A stretch of 64,000 bases of DNA from assembly GCA_947626875.1 (NCBI GenBank), contig CANQTV010000003.1, positions 7,499-71,498 on the forward strand, in the 5' to 3' direction. The notes beneath the pieces were generated by a model that saw nothing but the letters and a program-made list of their open reading frames with translations, was not told the origin of the DNA and did not search any database. The position numbers and the translations under genes are program-made. Below, piece after piece: positions 45,803 to 57,000 of the stretch. Every line of letters begins with the position of its first letter. Position 1 is the stretch's first letter. This stretch comes from an uncultured Clostridia bacterium. GTDB taxonomy: Bacteria > Bacillota > Clostridia > TANB77 > CAG-508.

Positions 45803-47356
45803 ATGGAAATTAATACAAATAATAATATGGAATATTATTGTGCATACCTTAGAAAATCGCGTAAAGATATGGATGCAGAAGCACATGGCCAAGGAGAAAC
45901 TCTTGCAAGACATGAAAAAAGATTAAAAGATTACGCTGATTCTATTGGAATAAAAATTAGTAAATTTTATAAAGAGGTTGTATCAGGAGAAACCATATCT
46001 TCTCGACCTGTTATGCAACAATTATTAACAGATGTTGAAAATGGATTATGGACTGGGGTTTTAGTTGTTGAAGTAGAACGTTTAGCAAGAGGAAATACTT
46101 TAGATCAGGGTATTGTATCTAATGCTTTTCAATATTCCAATACTAAAATAATTACCCCATTAAAAACTTATGATCCTGAAAATGAATATGATGAAGAATA
46201 CTTTGAATTTGGTTTATTCATGTCTAGGAGAGAATACAAAAAAATAAATCAAAGATTACATGAAGGAATATTAGCAAGTGTTAAAGAAGGAAAACATGTT
46301 GGTACTGCAGCTCCATATGGATATGAAAAATACAAATTACCAAAGCAAAAAGGATATTCTTTACAAATTAATCCTGACGAAGCTAATCTTGTTAAATTAG
46401 TATTTGATTTATATGCCTCTGGTAACGGTACTCAATTTATTTGTAATAAATTAAATAGTCTAGGATATAAACCTCGACGAACAACTGAATTTGGAAAATC
46501 AACTATAGTTCATATTCTTACTAATCCCATTTATATCGGGAAAATAAAGTATACAGATAGAGCTACTATAAAAAAGGTTGTTAATGGCAAAGTAACAAGA
46601 GTAAAAAATAAAGATAAAAACATAATATATGTTGATGGGTTGCATGAGCCAATAATTGATTTAAATACATGGAATAAAGTTCAAAATATAAGAAATAACA
46701 ATTTAACAAATCACACTAAAATAGATTATACATTAAAAAATCCAATGTCTCCACTTTTAAAATGTGGAATTTGTGGAAAATCTTTATCCAGAGTAACCTT
46801 TTCAAATAGGAATGATGTAAGAATTTGCTGTAGAAAATGTAAAGAGAATGTCGGTAGTAATATTAATTTTGTTGAAACCAAACTTTTACAAGCATTAAAA
46901 TTACTTCTTAATGATTACAAGATAAAATTAATCAATAATGATACCAGAGATATTGACACTCTACTAGAACTCAATAAAAATAGCATTGAAAATTATAATA
47001 TTAAATTAGAAAAACTAAAACTGCAACTAAACAAAACTTATGATTTATTAGAGCAAGAAATTTATACAAAAGATATTTTTTTAGAACGTTCATCTACTAT
47101 CAAACAACAAATAGCAGAAATAATACAAATTATAAATAATTTACAAAATGAACAAATTTCTATTTCTCAAAAAAAACATAACAAAGAAAAACTTATTCCT
47201 AAAATTGAAAAAGTTATTGATTGCTATTATAAAACTAATGACATATATAAGAAAAATGAACTTTTAAAAAGTGTATTAGAAAAAGTAGAATACTTGAAAA
47301 TAAATCCTTCAAGTAAAGAAGATTTCTCTTTAAAATTATATCCAAAACTTTATTAA
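45803..47356 (+). CDS. large serine recombinase (prophage integrase)
   Basis: Resolvase-type N-terminus YCAYLRKSRKD...VVEVERLARG, recombinase domain, zinc ribbon CGICGKSL...CCRKCKEN, and coiled coil. Ends 24 bp from the attR arm. Confidence 0.9.
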   Translation: MEINTNNNMEYYCAYLRKSRKDMDAEAHGQGETLARHEKRLKDYADSIGIKISKFYKEVVSGETISSRPVMQQLLTDVENGLWTGVLVVEVERLARGNTLDQGIVSNAFQYSNTKIITPLKTYDPENEYDEEYFEFGLFMSRREYKKINQRLHEGILASVKEGKHVGTAAPYGYEKYKLPKQKGYSLQINPDEANLVKLVFDLYASGNGTQFICNKLNSLGYKPRRTTEFGKSTIVHILTNPIYIGKIKYTDRATIKKVVNGKVTRVKNKDKNIIYVDGLHEPIIDLNTWNKVQNIRNNNLTNHTKIDYTLKNPMSPLLKCGICGKSLSRVTFSNRNDVRICCRKCKENVGSNINFVETKLLQALKLLLNDYKIKLINNDTRDIDTLLELNKNSIENYNIKLEKLKLQLNKTYDLLEQEIYTKDIFLERSSTIKQQIAEIIQIINNLQNEQISISQKKHNKEKLIPKIEKVIDCYYKTNDIYKKNELLKSVLEKVEYLKINPSSKEDFSLKLYPKLY

Positions 47357-47379
47357 ATCATATGGTACCTTTCTAATCA

Positions 47380-47404
47380 ATGCATGTATCATCTATAGTT
47401 TTAT
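47380..47404. other. attR (phage arm ATGCATGTATCATCTATAGTTT 47380-47401 overlapping core TTTTAT 47399-47404)
   Basis: Inverted copy of 8273-8294. The core is repeated directly at 8266-8271. Confidence 0.7.
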
Positions 47405-47808
47405 TTATCAAAGTGTACCCACGTTGGAGTTAATGATTTTGGTTCTACATATGACCATATACTAGAATTGTTTGCACTATTCCATAGCTGATTTTGCCTT
47501 GTTCTTGTCAATGTTTGCCCTACATCAAATGCTGTACCAGCATAATGTTGGCTTTGATTTCCATGCCCACCCTCATATGGCCTTTTAAATGCAAAACCAA
47601 CTGGTATACTACTTCCAAATATGTATCTTTGGCTATTCCAACTTTGCATAGTTCTTTTGGTTGTCCATAAAATATTAGATTTACTAGTTCCTCTAAATTC
47701 TCTAACTTTTAAAGTTCCGTTTGCATTATATGGCATTGGCTCATCTTCCCCTCTATAATACGTTTCCATCCTATCTGTATCATTATTAAAGACCAATATT
47801 TTTGCCAT
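47401..47808 (-). CDS. peptidase M15-family zinc peptidase (DD/LD-peptidase fold)
   Basis: SQHYAGTAFD (HxxGxAxD) and WVHFD motifs. Its stop codon lies inside the att core. Confidence 0.7.
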   Translation of the reverse strand: MAKILVFNNDTDRMETYYRGEDEPMPYNANGTLKVREFRGTSKSNILWTTKRTMQSWNSQRYIFGSSIPVGFAFKRPYEGGHGNQSQHYAGTAFDVGQTLTRTRQNQLWNSANNSSIWSYVEPKSLTPTWVHFDK

Positions 47809-47848
47809 GCTATCACCTCTTATTTTTCTATATCATATGCCAATATAG

Positions 47849-47878
47849 AAAAAAAGTTACTATATTTCTTATAGTAAC
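47849..47878 (-). terminator. rho-independent terminator after the sortase gene
   Basis: Minus strand GTTACTAT-aagaaat-ATAGTAAC followed by TTTTTTT. Confidence 0.7.
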
Positions 47879-47880
47879 TC

Positions 47881-48627
47881 TTATTTTACTTCTCTTGCTT
47901 TTACAATTACTCTTTGCTTGCTATCATCTGTACATGTAATTAATGTAACTTCCCTTTTTCCATTTGTATGCTGATCTAAACAACTAACATCTTCTGGTAC
48001 AACAATATATTTTCTATATATTTCATATTCTAATGTCTTTCCTGTTAAATCTGTAATATTTATCTTATCTCCTAATTCTAAAGTTGGTACTTTACTAAAA
48101 AATTTTGTATTTCGATAGTTATGACCTATTATGCAAAAATTCCCTCTTTTGTTTGGTTCTGGTCCTTCTAGTTTACATGGAGACATTTTTAATAATTCAT
48201 CTATTTCTTCCTCTGTCTCTTTTTCTCCCTGTATAACAGAATAGTTTACATCAATTTTAGGAATACTAATTGTTGCTACTGTATAATATGTATATCCACT
48301 TTCTGTAACATATTTTTCCTTCTGAGGCACTTGATTTTCTTCACTAGTTAATGCTTCAATATCTGCATTTTCTTGTGTATTATTTAAAACAACAACTAAT
48401 ACATCACTTTTAGACTGTTCTCTTTGTTCCAATGTTGTGTTTATATCACTTAAAATTTGTTGAGAAACTTCTTCACTTTTATTTCTATCATATTCTGAAT
48501 AAGCACATACTGAAGTAAGTATTAGTAAAGCTAAAATAGACATAATAAAATAGATTTTATAGATTCTTTTTTTTCTTTTTAATTCAGGTGTTACATATAG
48601 CTTTTGACTAATTAAAATCTGATTCAT
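47881..48627 (-). CDS. sortase-family transpeptidase (second sortase)
   Basis: N-terminal TM, IIGHNYRN, and TLITC catalytic motif. Confidence 0.8.
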   Translation of the reverse strand: MNQILISQKLYVTPELKRKKRIYKIYFIMSILALLILTSVCAYSEYDRNKSEEVSQQILSDINTTLEQREQSKSDVLVVVLNNTQENADIEALTSEENQVPQKEKYVTESGYTYYTVATISIPKIDVNYSVIQGEKETEEEIDELLKMSPCKLEGPEPNKRGNFCIIGHNYRNTKFFSKVPTLELGDKINITDLTGKTLEYEIYRKYIVVPEDVSCLDQHTNGKREVTLITCTDDSKQRVIVKAREVK

Positions 48628-48693
48628 ACCTTTCTCCTTAATTTTTTCTCTACACCATTATAACACATTTTATGCGTTTTGAAAAGAGCTTTA

Positions 48694-49548
48694 TTACAGT
48701 TTTTCAGTAATTTTTGCAAATTGTTCCAATGTTAATTCTTCTGCTCTTATATTTTCTTTTAAATTTAATTCCTTTAAAATTTCTAATCCTTGCTCCTTAT
48801 TTTGAAATATATTGGTATTTGTTAATGCATTTAATAAAGTTTTTCTTCTTTGAGTAAATGCGTTCTTTATAATATTAAACATGAGTTTTTCATTTGTTAT
48901 CTGCACTTTTGGCTGTTTTCTTATTTTTAATTGAATTACTTCAGATGTCACTTCTGGTTCTGGTATAAATGATTGTTTTTCTACTTCTATTATTTGTTTT
49001 GCTTCTGCATAATAATTAACACTATAAGTAATTGCCCCTGTATTTTTTTCTCCAGGAACTGCTGTTAATCTATCTGCTACTTCTTTTTGCACCATAACAG
49101 TTATAGTTTCTAAATCCAATTTTTCCTCTAATAATTTCATTATAATTGGTGTTGTAATATAATATGGTAAATTTGCAACAACTTTTACTTGATGAATTTT
49201 TTCATTTTGCTTTTCTTGTTTAATTAAATTTTTCAAGTCTACTTTTAATACATCTTCATTCATAATTTCAAAATTATTATATAATTTAAATCTATCTTTT
49301 AGAATTGTTATCATATTAGTGTCTAATTCAATACAAATAACTTTGCCTGCCTTTTCTAGCAGTTCTTTTGTTAAAGTCCCTAAGCCAGGCCCTATTTCTA
49401 TTATCAAATCATTCTCTTTTATTTCACTACTTTTAATAATTTCTTCTACTACTTTATCATTTATTAGAAAATTTTGCCCTAACTTTTTATTAGCTTTAAT
49501 ATGATATTTATTCATGATAAATTTTGTTTCTTGTAATATAGCTTCCAT
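48694..49548 (-). CDS. rsmA: 16S rRNA (adenine1518/1519-N6)-dimethyltransferase
   Basis: KKLGQNFL, EIGPGLGTLT and NLPYYITTPI motifs. Confidence 0.95.
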   Translation of the reverse strand: MEAILQETKFIMNKYHIKANKKLGQNFLINDKVVEEIIKSSEIKENDLIIEIGPGLGTLTKELLEKAGKVICIELDTNMITILKDRFKLYNNFEIMNEDVLKVDLKNLIKQEKQNEKIHQVKVVANLPYYITTPIIMKLLEEKLDLETITVMVQKEVADRLTAVPGEKNTGAITYSVNYYAEAKQIIEVEKQSFIPEPEVTSEVIQLKIRKQPKVQITNEKLMFNIIKNAFTQRRKTLLNALTNTNIFQNKEQGLEILKELNLKENIRAEELTLEQFAKITEKL

Positions 49549-49631
49549 TTTTAACTCCTTTATTCTCTATAATATCAAACATTGGTTCTTTTGTCAATTC
49601 AAAGATTTTTACATAATTTTTCTAATTTTAC

Positions 49632-49660
49632 TTGACAAAATAGCATAAACTCTGTAAAAT
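49632..49660 (+). promoter_or_regulatory. promoter of the aspS leader, TTGACA-17-TAAAAT
   Basis: TTGACA at 49632-49637 and TAAAAT at 49655-49660. Confidence 0.6.
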
Positions 49661-49689
49661 AGTATACAATAAATAAAAATGCGTTTGTA

Positions 49690-49885
49690 CAATGCAAAGC
49701 AATTAAAAGTTACTTTTAGAGAATAAGGGTCATTGGCTGGAAACCCTTTAAGGTCAACCTAATTTGTGAAACACATTGGAGCATACTAACTGAAAGTGGA
49801 AAATGTTAACACATTTTCAAGCTGGGTGGTACCGCGGAAAATATTTCGTCCCTGCATTTATGCATATGGGGCGTTTTTTGATGCC
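49690..49885 (+). promoter_or_regulatory. T-box riboswitch leader of aspS with terminator
   Basis: AGAGA stem I element. Conserved T-box GGGTGGTACCGCG at 49824-49836. Terminator CGTCCC...GGGGCG (49847-49873) followed by TTTTTT. Specifier codon not resolved by eye. Confidence 0.8.
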
Positions 49886-49908
49886 CTAAAGAAAGGAATG
49901 AGATTTAT

Positions 49909-51654
49909 ATGAGTTATTACAAAACACACAATTGTAATGAAATTCGATTAGGCGATATTGGAAAGAAGGTGAAAATTGCTGGTTGGGTCCAAACTATCCG
50001 TGACCTAGGTGGTCTTGTTTTTTTAGATATTCGTGATATGTATGGTATAACACAAGTTGTTACATCTGGAAAACCTGAAGATGTAGATTTTGCTTCTCAT
50101 ATTCCTATTGAATCAACTGTTAGTGTATATGGTGAAGTAAAAAAACGTGATGAAGAAACTGTTAATCCTAAAATTGAAACTGGTCTAGTTGAAATCCGTA
50201 TTGAAAAAATTGAAATTTTAGGAAAAAGGACTAGAAATTTACCTTTTGAAATTAATACAAAACAAGATATTCGTGAAGATTTACGTTTGCAATATCGTTA
50301 CTTAGATCTTAGAAATGATAAATTAAAACAAAATCTTCTATTACGTAGTAAAGTAATTCAATATTTAAGAACTCAAATGATTGAACAAGGATTCTTAGAG
50401 GTTCAAACTCCTATCTTAACTAGTTCTTCCCCTGAAGGTGCTAGAGATTATCTTGTACCAAGTAGATTACATGCCGGAAAATTTTATGCTTTACCTCAAG
50501 CGCCACAGCAATTTAAACAGTTATTAATGGTGTCTGGTATTGATAAATACTTCCAAATTGCTCCTTGCTTCCGTGATGAAGATGCAAGAGCTGATAGAGC
50601 TCCTGGTGAATTTTATCAATTAGATATGGAAATGAGTTTTGCAACACAAGAAGATGTTTTTGAAGCAATTGAACCTGTTATGTATCATACTTTTGAAAAA
50701 TTTTCTGATAAGAAAATTGCTAAATATCCATTTCCTCGTATTACTTACAAAGAATCAATGCTTAAATATGGTACAGATAAACCTGATTTAAGAAATCCTC
50801 TATTTATTATTGATTTATCTGACTTCTTTAAAAAATGTACTTTCAAGCCTTTTATAGATAGAACTGTTAGAGCCATTAAAGTAAATGGGCATCTTTCTAA
50901 AGGATTCCATGAAAAAATGCTTGCTTATGCCCTATCAATTGGTATGGGTGGACTTGGATATTTGGAAGTTCAAGATGATTTAAGTTATAAGGGACCTATT
51001 GACAAATTTATTCCTGATAATTTGAAAAAGGATTTATTGACTTTAGGAAATCTAGAAAAAGGTGATACAATTTTCTTTATTGCAGATAATGAAAAACGTG
51101 CAACAGAACTTGCTGGACAAATTAGAACTGAACTTGGTAAGCGTTTAGACTTAATTGATAATTCAGTATTCTCTTTTGCTTGGATTATTGATTTTCCAAT
51201 GTTTGAAATAGATGATCAAGATAAATTAGGTTTTAGCCATAACCCATTTTCTATGCCACAAGGTGGTTTAAAAGCTTTAGAAAATGATAATCCTTTAGAT
51301 ATTTTAGCATATCAATATGACCTTGTTTGTAATGGCGTTGAATTGTCTTCTGGTGCTGTTCGTAACCATGATCTAGATATTATGATTAAGGCTTTCACAA
51401 TGGCAGGCTATACAGAAGAAGAAGTTAAAACTAAATTTGGCGCTTTATACACCGCTTTTCAATATGGTGCTCCACCTCACGCAGGTATTGCTCCTGGTGT
51501 TGATAGAATGTTAATGTTATTAACTGATTCTGAAAGTATACGTGAAGTTATCGCATTCCCATTAAATAGTAAAGCTGAAGATTTAATGATGGGAGCTCCA
51601 GGAAATGTAAGACGTGACCAATTACGTGATGTTCATATTGCAATTAAAGATTAA
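49909..51654 (+). CDS. aspS: aspartate--tRNA ligase
   Basis: Class II motifs FRDEDARADR, QLDMEMSF and GGLGYLE/GIAPGVDR. 581 aa. Confidence 0.95.
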   Translation: MSYYKTHNCNEIRLGDIGKKVKIAGWVQTIRDLGGLVFLDIRDMYGITQVVTSGKPEDVDFASHIPIESTVSVYGEVKKRDEETVNPKIETGLVEIRIEKIEILGKRTRNLPFEINTKQDIREDLRLQYRYLDLRNDKLKQNLLLRSKVIQYLRTQMIEQGFLEVQTPILTSSSPEGARDYLVPSRLHAGKFYALPQAPQQFKQLLMVSGIDKYFQIAPCFRDEDARADRAPGEFYQLDMEMSFATQEDVFEAIEPVMYHTFEKFSDKKIAKYPFPRITYKESMLKYGTDKPDLRNPLFIIDLSDFFKKCTFKPFIDRTVRAIKVNGHLSKGFHEKMLAYALSIGMGGLGYLEVQDDLSYKGPIDKFIPDNLKKDLLTLGNLEKGDTIFFIADNEKRATELAGQIRTELGKRLDLIDNSVFSFAWIIDFPMFEIDDQDKLGFSHNPFSMPQGGLKALENDNPLDILAYQYDLVCNGVELSSGAVRNHDLDIMIKAFTMAGYTEEEVKTKFGALYTAFQYGAPPHAGIAPGVDRMLMLLTDSESIREVIAFPLNSKAEDLMMGAPGNVRRDQLRDVHIAIKD

Positions 51655-51658
51655 AATT

Positions 51659-51853
51659 GCGGGAATCGGGGACGCCCTTTTTTTCCCTAGCCAAATTTTC
51701 CCTATTTGGATGTGAAAGAATAATTTTTTAATAGAGTACAAATAGGGAAAATTTGGATAGGGAAAAAAAGGGCGTCCCCAATTCCCGGCTAAAGAGGGAA
51801 AAATAGCATAGGGAAAAAAAGGGCGTCCCCTCTTCCCGGCCCCGATTCCCGCA
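51659..51853. repeat. GC-rich nested inverted-repeat element (left arm, right arm R1, partial second right arm R2)
   Basis: Left arm L at 51659-51709 pairs almost perfectly with R1 at 51739-51790. R2 at 51807-51853 repeats the outer half and carries the exact complement (CCCCGATTCCCGC) of the L terminus GCGGGAATCGGGG. Confidence 0.8.
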
Positions 51854-51859
51854 AGAAAA

Positions 51860-51889
51860 ACCCAATTAGATTTTTATCTCTAATTGGGT
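51860..51889 (-). terminator. rho-independent terminator of hup
   Basis: Minus strand ACCCAATTAGAGAT-aaaa-ATCTAATTGGGT followed by TTTTCTT. Confidence 0.7.
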
Positions 51890-51924
51890 TCATATATTTA
51901 TATGCACAATTTTTATTTTCCTTA

Positions 51925-52203
51925 TTATTTTTTGTTTACTAAATCTTTTAATGCTTTACCAGCTTTGAAAACTGGAGCTTTTGATGCAGGTATTTTAATT
52001 TCTTCTTTAGTTTGTGGGTTTCTACCTTTTCTAGCAGCTCTTTTTCTAACTTCAAAAGATCCAAATCCAACTAATTGAACTTTATCTCCTTTTTTTAATG
52101 CGTCTGTTACAACTCCTACAAATGCATTTACTGATGCTTCAGCTGCTTTTTTTGTTTCTCCTGTTTTTGCAGCCATTGCTGCGATTAATTCCGCTTTGTT
52201 CAT
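51925..52203 (-). CDS. hup: DNA-binding protein HU
   Basis: [11 protein letters not shown]...[20 protein letters not shown]. Confidence 0.95.
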   Translation of the reverse strand: MNKAELIAAMAAKTGETKKAAEASVNAFVGVVTDALKKGDKVQLVGFGSFEVRKRAARKGRNPQTKEEIKIPASKAPVFKAGKALKDLVNKK

Positions 52204-52327
52204 TTAATTTACCTCCTATAAGATTTAATATTATGCACACCTACTGACTGAATTTAGCAGTATATGTACTACTACTTAAAAATATTCGTCAAAAAAGTTG
52301 AAAATCCTTCTTTTTTTACAAAAAAAT

Positions 52328-53941
52328 TTAATAAATTTTCAACTTTTTCAATACCTGAAAGATTTTTTCTCCTTTTGGTATTTCCAGAATTTCTTCCTTA
52401 TCAAAAATTCTTAAGCTAATCAATGCTAAACCATAAATAATTACTGCCATTACTATTGCTAAAATTGTAGCAATTTTTTGTGCTACCATTCCTAATAATA
52501 TATGATATATAAAGTATGAACAAATTCCCATAATTGTAACCGCTATAACTGGTTTTATAAATATTTTACTAAATGACAAATCCAATTTAATATTTCTCCT
52601 CAAAGCCGTACTTGCAATTGTAAATGCAATAGCATGACATGCCACAGATGCCCATGCCGCTCCACTTGCTCCAAAAAACGGATTTGGAACTAACATAAGA
52701 TTTAAAATCAGTTTTACAATTACACCTACTCCGAGTGAAACTGCTGGTATCATTAGTTTTCCATAGCCCTGCAATGCTCCATTTATCGTCTGGTCTAATA
52801 TTGTAAAGAAAATTGTCAAACTACTAATTTGTAAAATTAATTCTCCTGCACTCGCATTTGGAAATAATAAATTTAAAATTGGTCCTGCAAATATGCACAT
52901 TCCCACTGTACATGGTAATCCTATTAGCATAGATATCAATAGTGAAAATGATGTTTTCTTTGTAATTGTTTTTGTATCTTTTTTCGCTTTTGCACCTGAT
53001 ATTGCAGGTACTAATGCAGTAGAAAAAGCTACATTTATTGATAGTGGTAAACTAGTAAGCATGTCTACTTTTCCACCTAATATACCATATTGTGCTAATG
53101 CTTCATTTTCTGGTAAAAATTGTTTCAAGCTTCTTACTACTGTAAAAGAATCAATATTCTTATTTAATGATGACATTATTGCTGTTAATGCAATTGGTGC
53201 TGATACCAATAACACTTTTTTTATAATTGTTTTTACTCTTTCATACTGATAATTAACTGTTGATTTTATTTCTCTTGCTATTTCTTTACGTATTGTTTGA
53301 TAATACAAATATAAATAGCCAAATCCTGCAAATGTTGCAAGTGTTGTAGCAAGTGTTGCTCCTGCTGCCATCCATTCAGTTGAAACATGAGATAAAATTG
53401 CAACAATTTCTACAACTATAATTGTAAGTGCGGTTTTAAATACTTGCTCTAAAGTTTGTGACCTCGCTGTTGCTTTAATATTTTGCCTTCCATTACAATA
53501 TCCTCTCATTACAGAACTAATTGCGACAAAGAAAATAGCTGGAGATAGTGCAACAAGCGTCATTTCTGCTTCTGGTATTTGTAGCCAATTATATGCAATT
53601 ACATGTGCTCCTAAAAATAACATTAAACTTCCAATTAGTCCTATTATTGCAAATGTAGCAAATGCAATTTTAAATATTCGATATGCCCCTTTGTGATCTC
53701 CTAAAGCTACTCTTTCTGAAACAAGTTTTGATATTGCATTCGGTACACCTATTGATGATATTGTTAACAGCATCGCATATATTTGATAACTACTTGCTAC
53801 AATTCCATTTCCTTCATCTCCAAAGCCTTGTCTGTTTGTTAGATATAGTGTATATACCATTCCTAATAGTTTTATGAGAACTTGTGAAAACATCAATGTT
53901 AGAACACCTTGCAAAAAGCCTTGTTTATTTTTTGATGTCAT
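52328..53941 (-). CDS. MOP-superfamily flippase (SpoVB / MurJ-like polysaccharide biosynthesis protein)
   Basis: About 14 TM segments and a typical SpoVB-like N-terminus GFLQGVLTLMFSQVLIKLLGMVY. Confidence 0.75.
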   Translation of the reverse strand: MTSKNKQGFLQGVLTLMFSQVLIKLLGMVYTLYLTNRQGFGDEGNGIVASSYQIYAMLLTISSIGVPNAISKLVSERVALGDHKGAYRIFKIAFATFAIIGLIGSLMLFLGAHVIAYNWLQIPEAEMTLVALSPAIFFVAISSVMRGYCNGRQNIKATARSQTLEQVFKTALTIIVVEIVAILSHVSTEWMAAGATLATTLATFAGFGYLYLYYQTIRKEIAREIKSTVNYQYERVKTIIKKVLLVSAPIALTAIMSSLNKNIDSFTVVRSLKQFLPENEALAQYGILGGKVDMLTSLPLSINVAFSTALVPAISGAKAKKDTKTITKKTSFSLLISMLIGLPCTVGMCIFAGPILNLLFPNASAGELILQISSLTIFFTILDQTINGALQGYGKLMIPAVSLGVGVIVKLILNLMLVPNPFFGASGAAWASVACHAIAFTIASTALRRNIKLDLSFSKIFIKPVIAVTIMGICSYFIYHILLGMVAQKIATILAIVMAVIIYGLALISLRIFDKEEILEIPKGEKIFQVLKKLKIY

Positions 53942-54040
53942 TTTATCCTCCTTTATTAGTTATTTAATTATTACTTCATTTTATGCAATTCTTTCTTTAT
54001 TATAATTTTATTTCTTATTTTTCGCAATAGTTTTTTACAC

Positions 54041-57000
54041 TTATTGTTTCAATTTCATTGATAATAATTTTGATATTCCGTTTTCTTCCATTGTAACACC
54101 ATATACACTATCTGCTGCTTCCATTGTACCCTTTCTATGCGTAATTACCAAAAACTGCGTATCTTTTGCAAATTTTTTCAAGTAATCTGCATATCTATAT
54201 ACATTTACATCATCTAGTGCTGCTTCAATTTCATCTAATACACAGAATGGTGCTGGGTTAATTTTTAAAATAGCAAATAACAATGCAATAGCTGTTAACG
54301 CTTTCTCACCACCTGATAATAACATCATATTTTGCAATTTCTTTCCTGGTGGCTGTGCCGTAATTTCAATGCCACACTCTAAAATATTTTTCTCATCTTC
54401 TAGCTTAACTTCTGCCTTTCCTCCACCAAACAATTCTGCAAATACTTGTCCAAAGTTTTTATTAATTTCCTTGAATTTCTGTTTGAATTGTTCTTTCATA
54501 ATTTGTGTCATATCTGTTACAATTTTTCTTAATTTTGCCATTGTGCTCTCTAAATCTAAACGTTGTTCACTCATAAAATCGTAACGTTCTTTTAAATTTT
54601 TGTACTCTTCTATAGAATCTAAATTAACACTTCCTATTTCTCTCATTTGTGCTCGCAAATCATTTACTTTTTTCTTTGTATTTGCTATATTGCTTGGTTT
54701 TTCATATTCACCTACACCATTTGGTGTTAGTTCATATTCTTCCCATAGTTTATTAATAATTTGTGTAATTTCATCTTGCAATTTTGTCTTTTTCACTTCT
54801 AATTTTACAAGCTGTGCTTTTAAGTCTTCAATAATATTAAATTTTTCTGTAATCTGTTCTTCTTGATTTGTTAATATTTCATTTTTTTCTTTTCTTTCTT
54901 GCTTTAAATTCTCTATCTTGCCACTGCTATTTTTTACATCTTCTTTAATATTTTCTATTTTTTCCTTTAATTCCTGTATTGCTTGTTCTAAATTAATATT
55001 CTCTTGTTTGCTTTGTTCAATTTGTTCTTCTTTATTTTGAATTGACTTTTGATTTGCCTCTTTTTCTTGTGCAATTCTTTCTTTAATTTCTTCAATAGAA
55101 GTTTCGCTTTCATCAAATGAAGATACTGATATTTTTAAATTTGTAATATCAAAATTTAAGTCATCTATATATTTTTGGTCATCTTTATTTAATTCTGCAT
55201 ATTCTGTAATAATTTTTGTCAATTTATCTGTTTCTTCATTTAGAATTTCAATTTCTTTTTGAATCTGCTCTTTTTGTTCAATTGCTTGCTTTTTATTTTC
55301 TTCCAATTGTTGTTCTTCATTTTTTAATTTTTGCAAACGCATTTCCAGTTTACTAATAGTCTCTTCAAATGAAATCATTCTTTGTTTTTGTGTAGCATAA
55401 GCAATTTCATTTTCTTGTAGTTGCTTTTCTAAACTTTCTATTATCTCGAAAGTACCTTCCATGCTTTGCTCATCTTCTGATTTTTTGTCTTTCACATCTT
55501 TTATCTTTTCTTGCATTTTTTCTATTTGCTTGCCTAATTTTTCTATTTCTTTACTTCTTCCCAAAATATTAACTGTTTTTTTAGTAACTGACCCACCTGT
55601 AATTGCTCCTGATGCATTTATAACATCTCCCTGAGTTGTTACAATTCTAAAAGTGTAATTATTTTGTTTTGCAACTTTAATTGCTGTATCCATATTATCT
55701 ACAATAACTGTTCTTCCTAATAAGTTTAATATGATTTGTTCATGTTTTTTCTTATATTTTACAAGATCTGATGCTATTCCAATAATTCCTTTTTCATTAC
55801 CTTTTATTTTATCAATTTTTTTCCCTTTAACAGATGCAATTGGTAAAAATGATGCTCTACCAATATTGTTTTTACGCAAATATTCTACTAATTTTTTTGC
55901 ATCAGTTTCTGTTTCTGTTACAATATTTTGAAGTGCTAGCCCTAAACACATTTCTATCGCTGTTTCTAAATCTTCTGGTACTTCAATAAGATTTGCTAAA
56001 ACTCCTTCTACTCCTTTTTTTAAATTTGCATTAGTTTCACAATCTTTTAAAAGTGTTTTTACACTTTTTGTATAACCTTCCTTTTCTTTTTCTGTTTCAA
56101 TCAAAAAACGTCGCCTTGATTCTTTCATACTTATTTCACTATTAATCATATTAATTTGTGTTTCATATTCTTTTATTTTTTGATTTGATAATTCTTTTTG
56201 TTTTAAAATTTTATCTAATTCTTTTTGTGTTTTATTTCTTTTAGCTTCCATCTCATAAAATTCTTTTGCAACTTCTTCTTTTTGCATACGTGTATTATCT
56301 AATTCTGATATAGTTCCTTGAATTTCTTGCTTTACTTGCTTTTGCCTTTTTTCATCGTTTTCATAATTTATTTCTTTTTCTTGAATCTGTGCTTGTTTTT
56401 CATATTTTTTGTCTGTATTTTCTTCTACTTTCTTTTTATGTGTTTCTATCTCTAATGCTTTTTTTGAAAGTTTTTCTGTTAGCTTATCTAGTTCTTGCTG
56501 TTTTTGTTCTAACTCATTCACAAATTTTTCTTTGTTTTGACGTAGATTTTCTCTTTTTTCTTCTTTCTGTTTTTCTTCTTCTTCTAATTCTTGCAAACGT
56601 ATCTTTTTCTCTTCAATTTCTTCCAAAAATCGTTTTTGATTTTCATTATTATTAACAATCCTCGTTTGTGATACACTAATATCTGCATTAAGCATCTCAA
56701 TTTCTTTTTGACTTTCAAAACCAATATTTGACATAGCTTCTATTTTATTTGTAATTTCATCAATACTATTTTTTAATTCTTCTTTTGCATGTTTTATTCT
56801 CTCTAATTTTGTTTCCTCTTCTTCACAGTGTTCTCTTGTTATTGTTTCATCCTCTGTAACTTTATCTAATTCCTTTTTATTCTGGTCAATATTATGTAAG
56901 AATAAACCTACCTCTATGTTTTTTAATTCTTCTCTTAGATTTAAATATTTTCTAGCTTTTTCTGCTTGATTGCTCAACGGCTCTAGATTACCTTCTATTT

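Larger units (their letters stand above)
8266..47404 (-). mobile_element. integrated HK97-like siphovirus prophage (serine-integrase type)
   Basis: Complete lysogeny, early, packaging, head, tail and lysis modules. Flanked by a TTTTAT direct repeat and 22-bp inverted repeats. Host genes lie on both sides. Confidence 0.9.

Noticed and set aside
51659-51853. Interpreting the GC-rich palindrome merely as the aspS terminator
   Set aside because: The arms are about 50 nt with a duplicated right arm and no U-run after the main hairpin. hup has its own separate terminator at 51860-51889.
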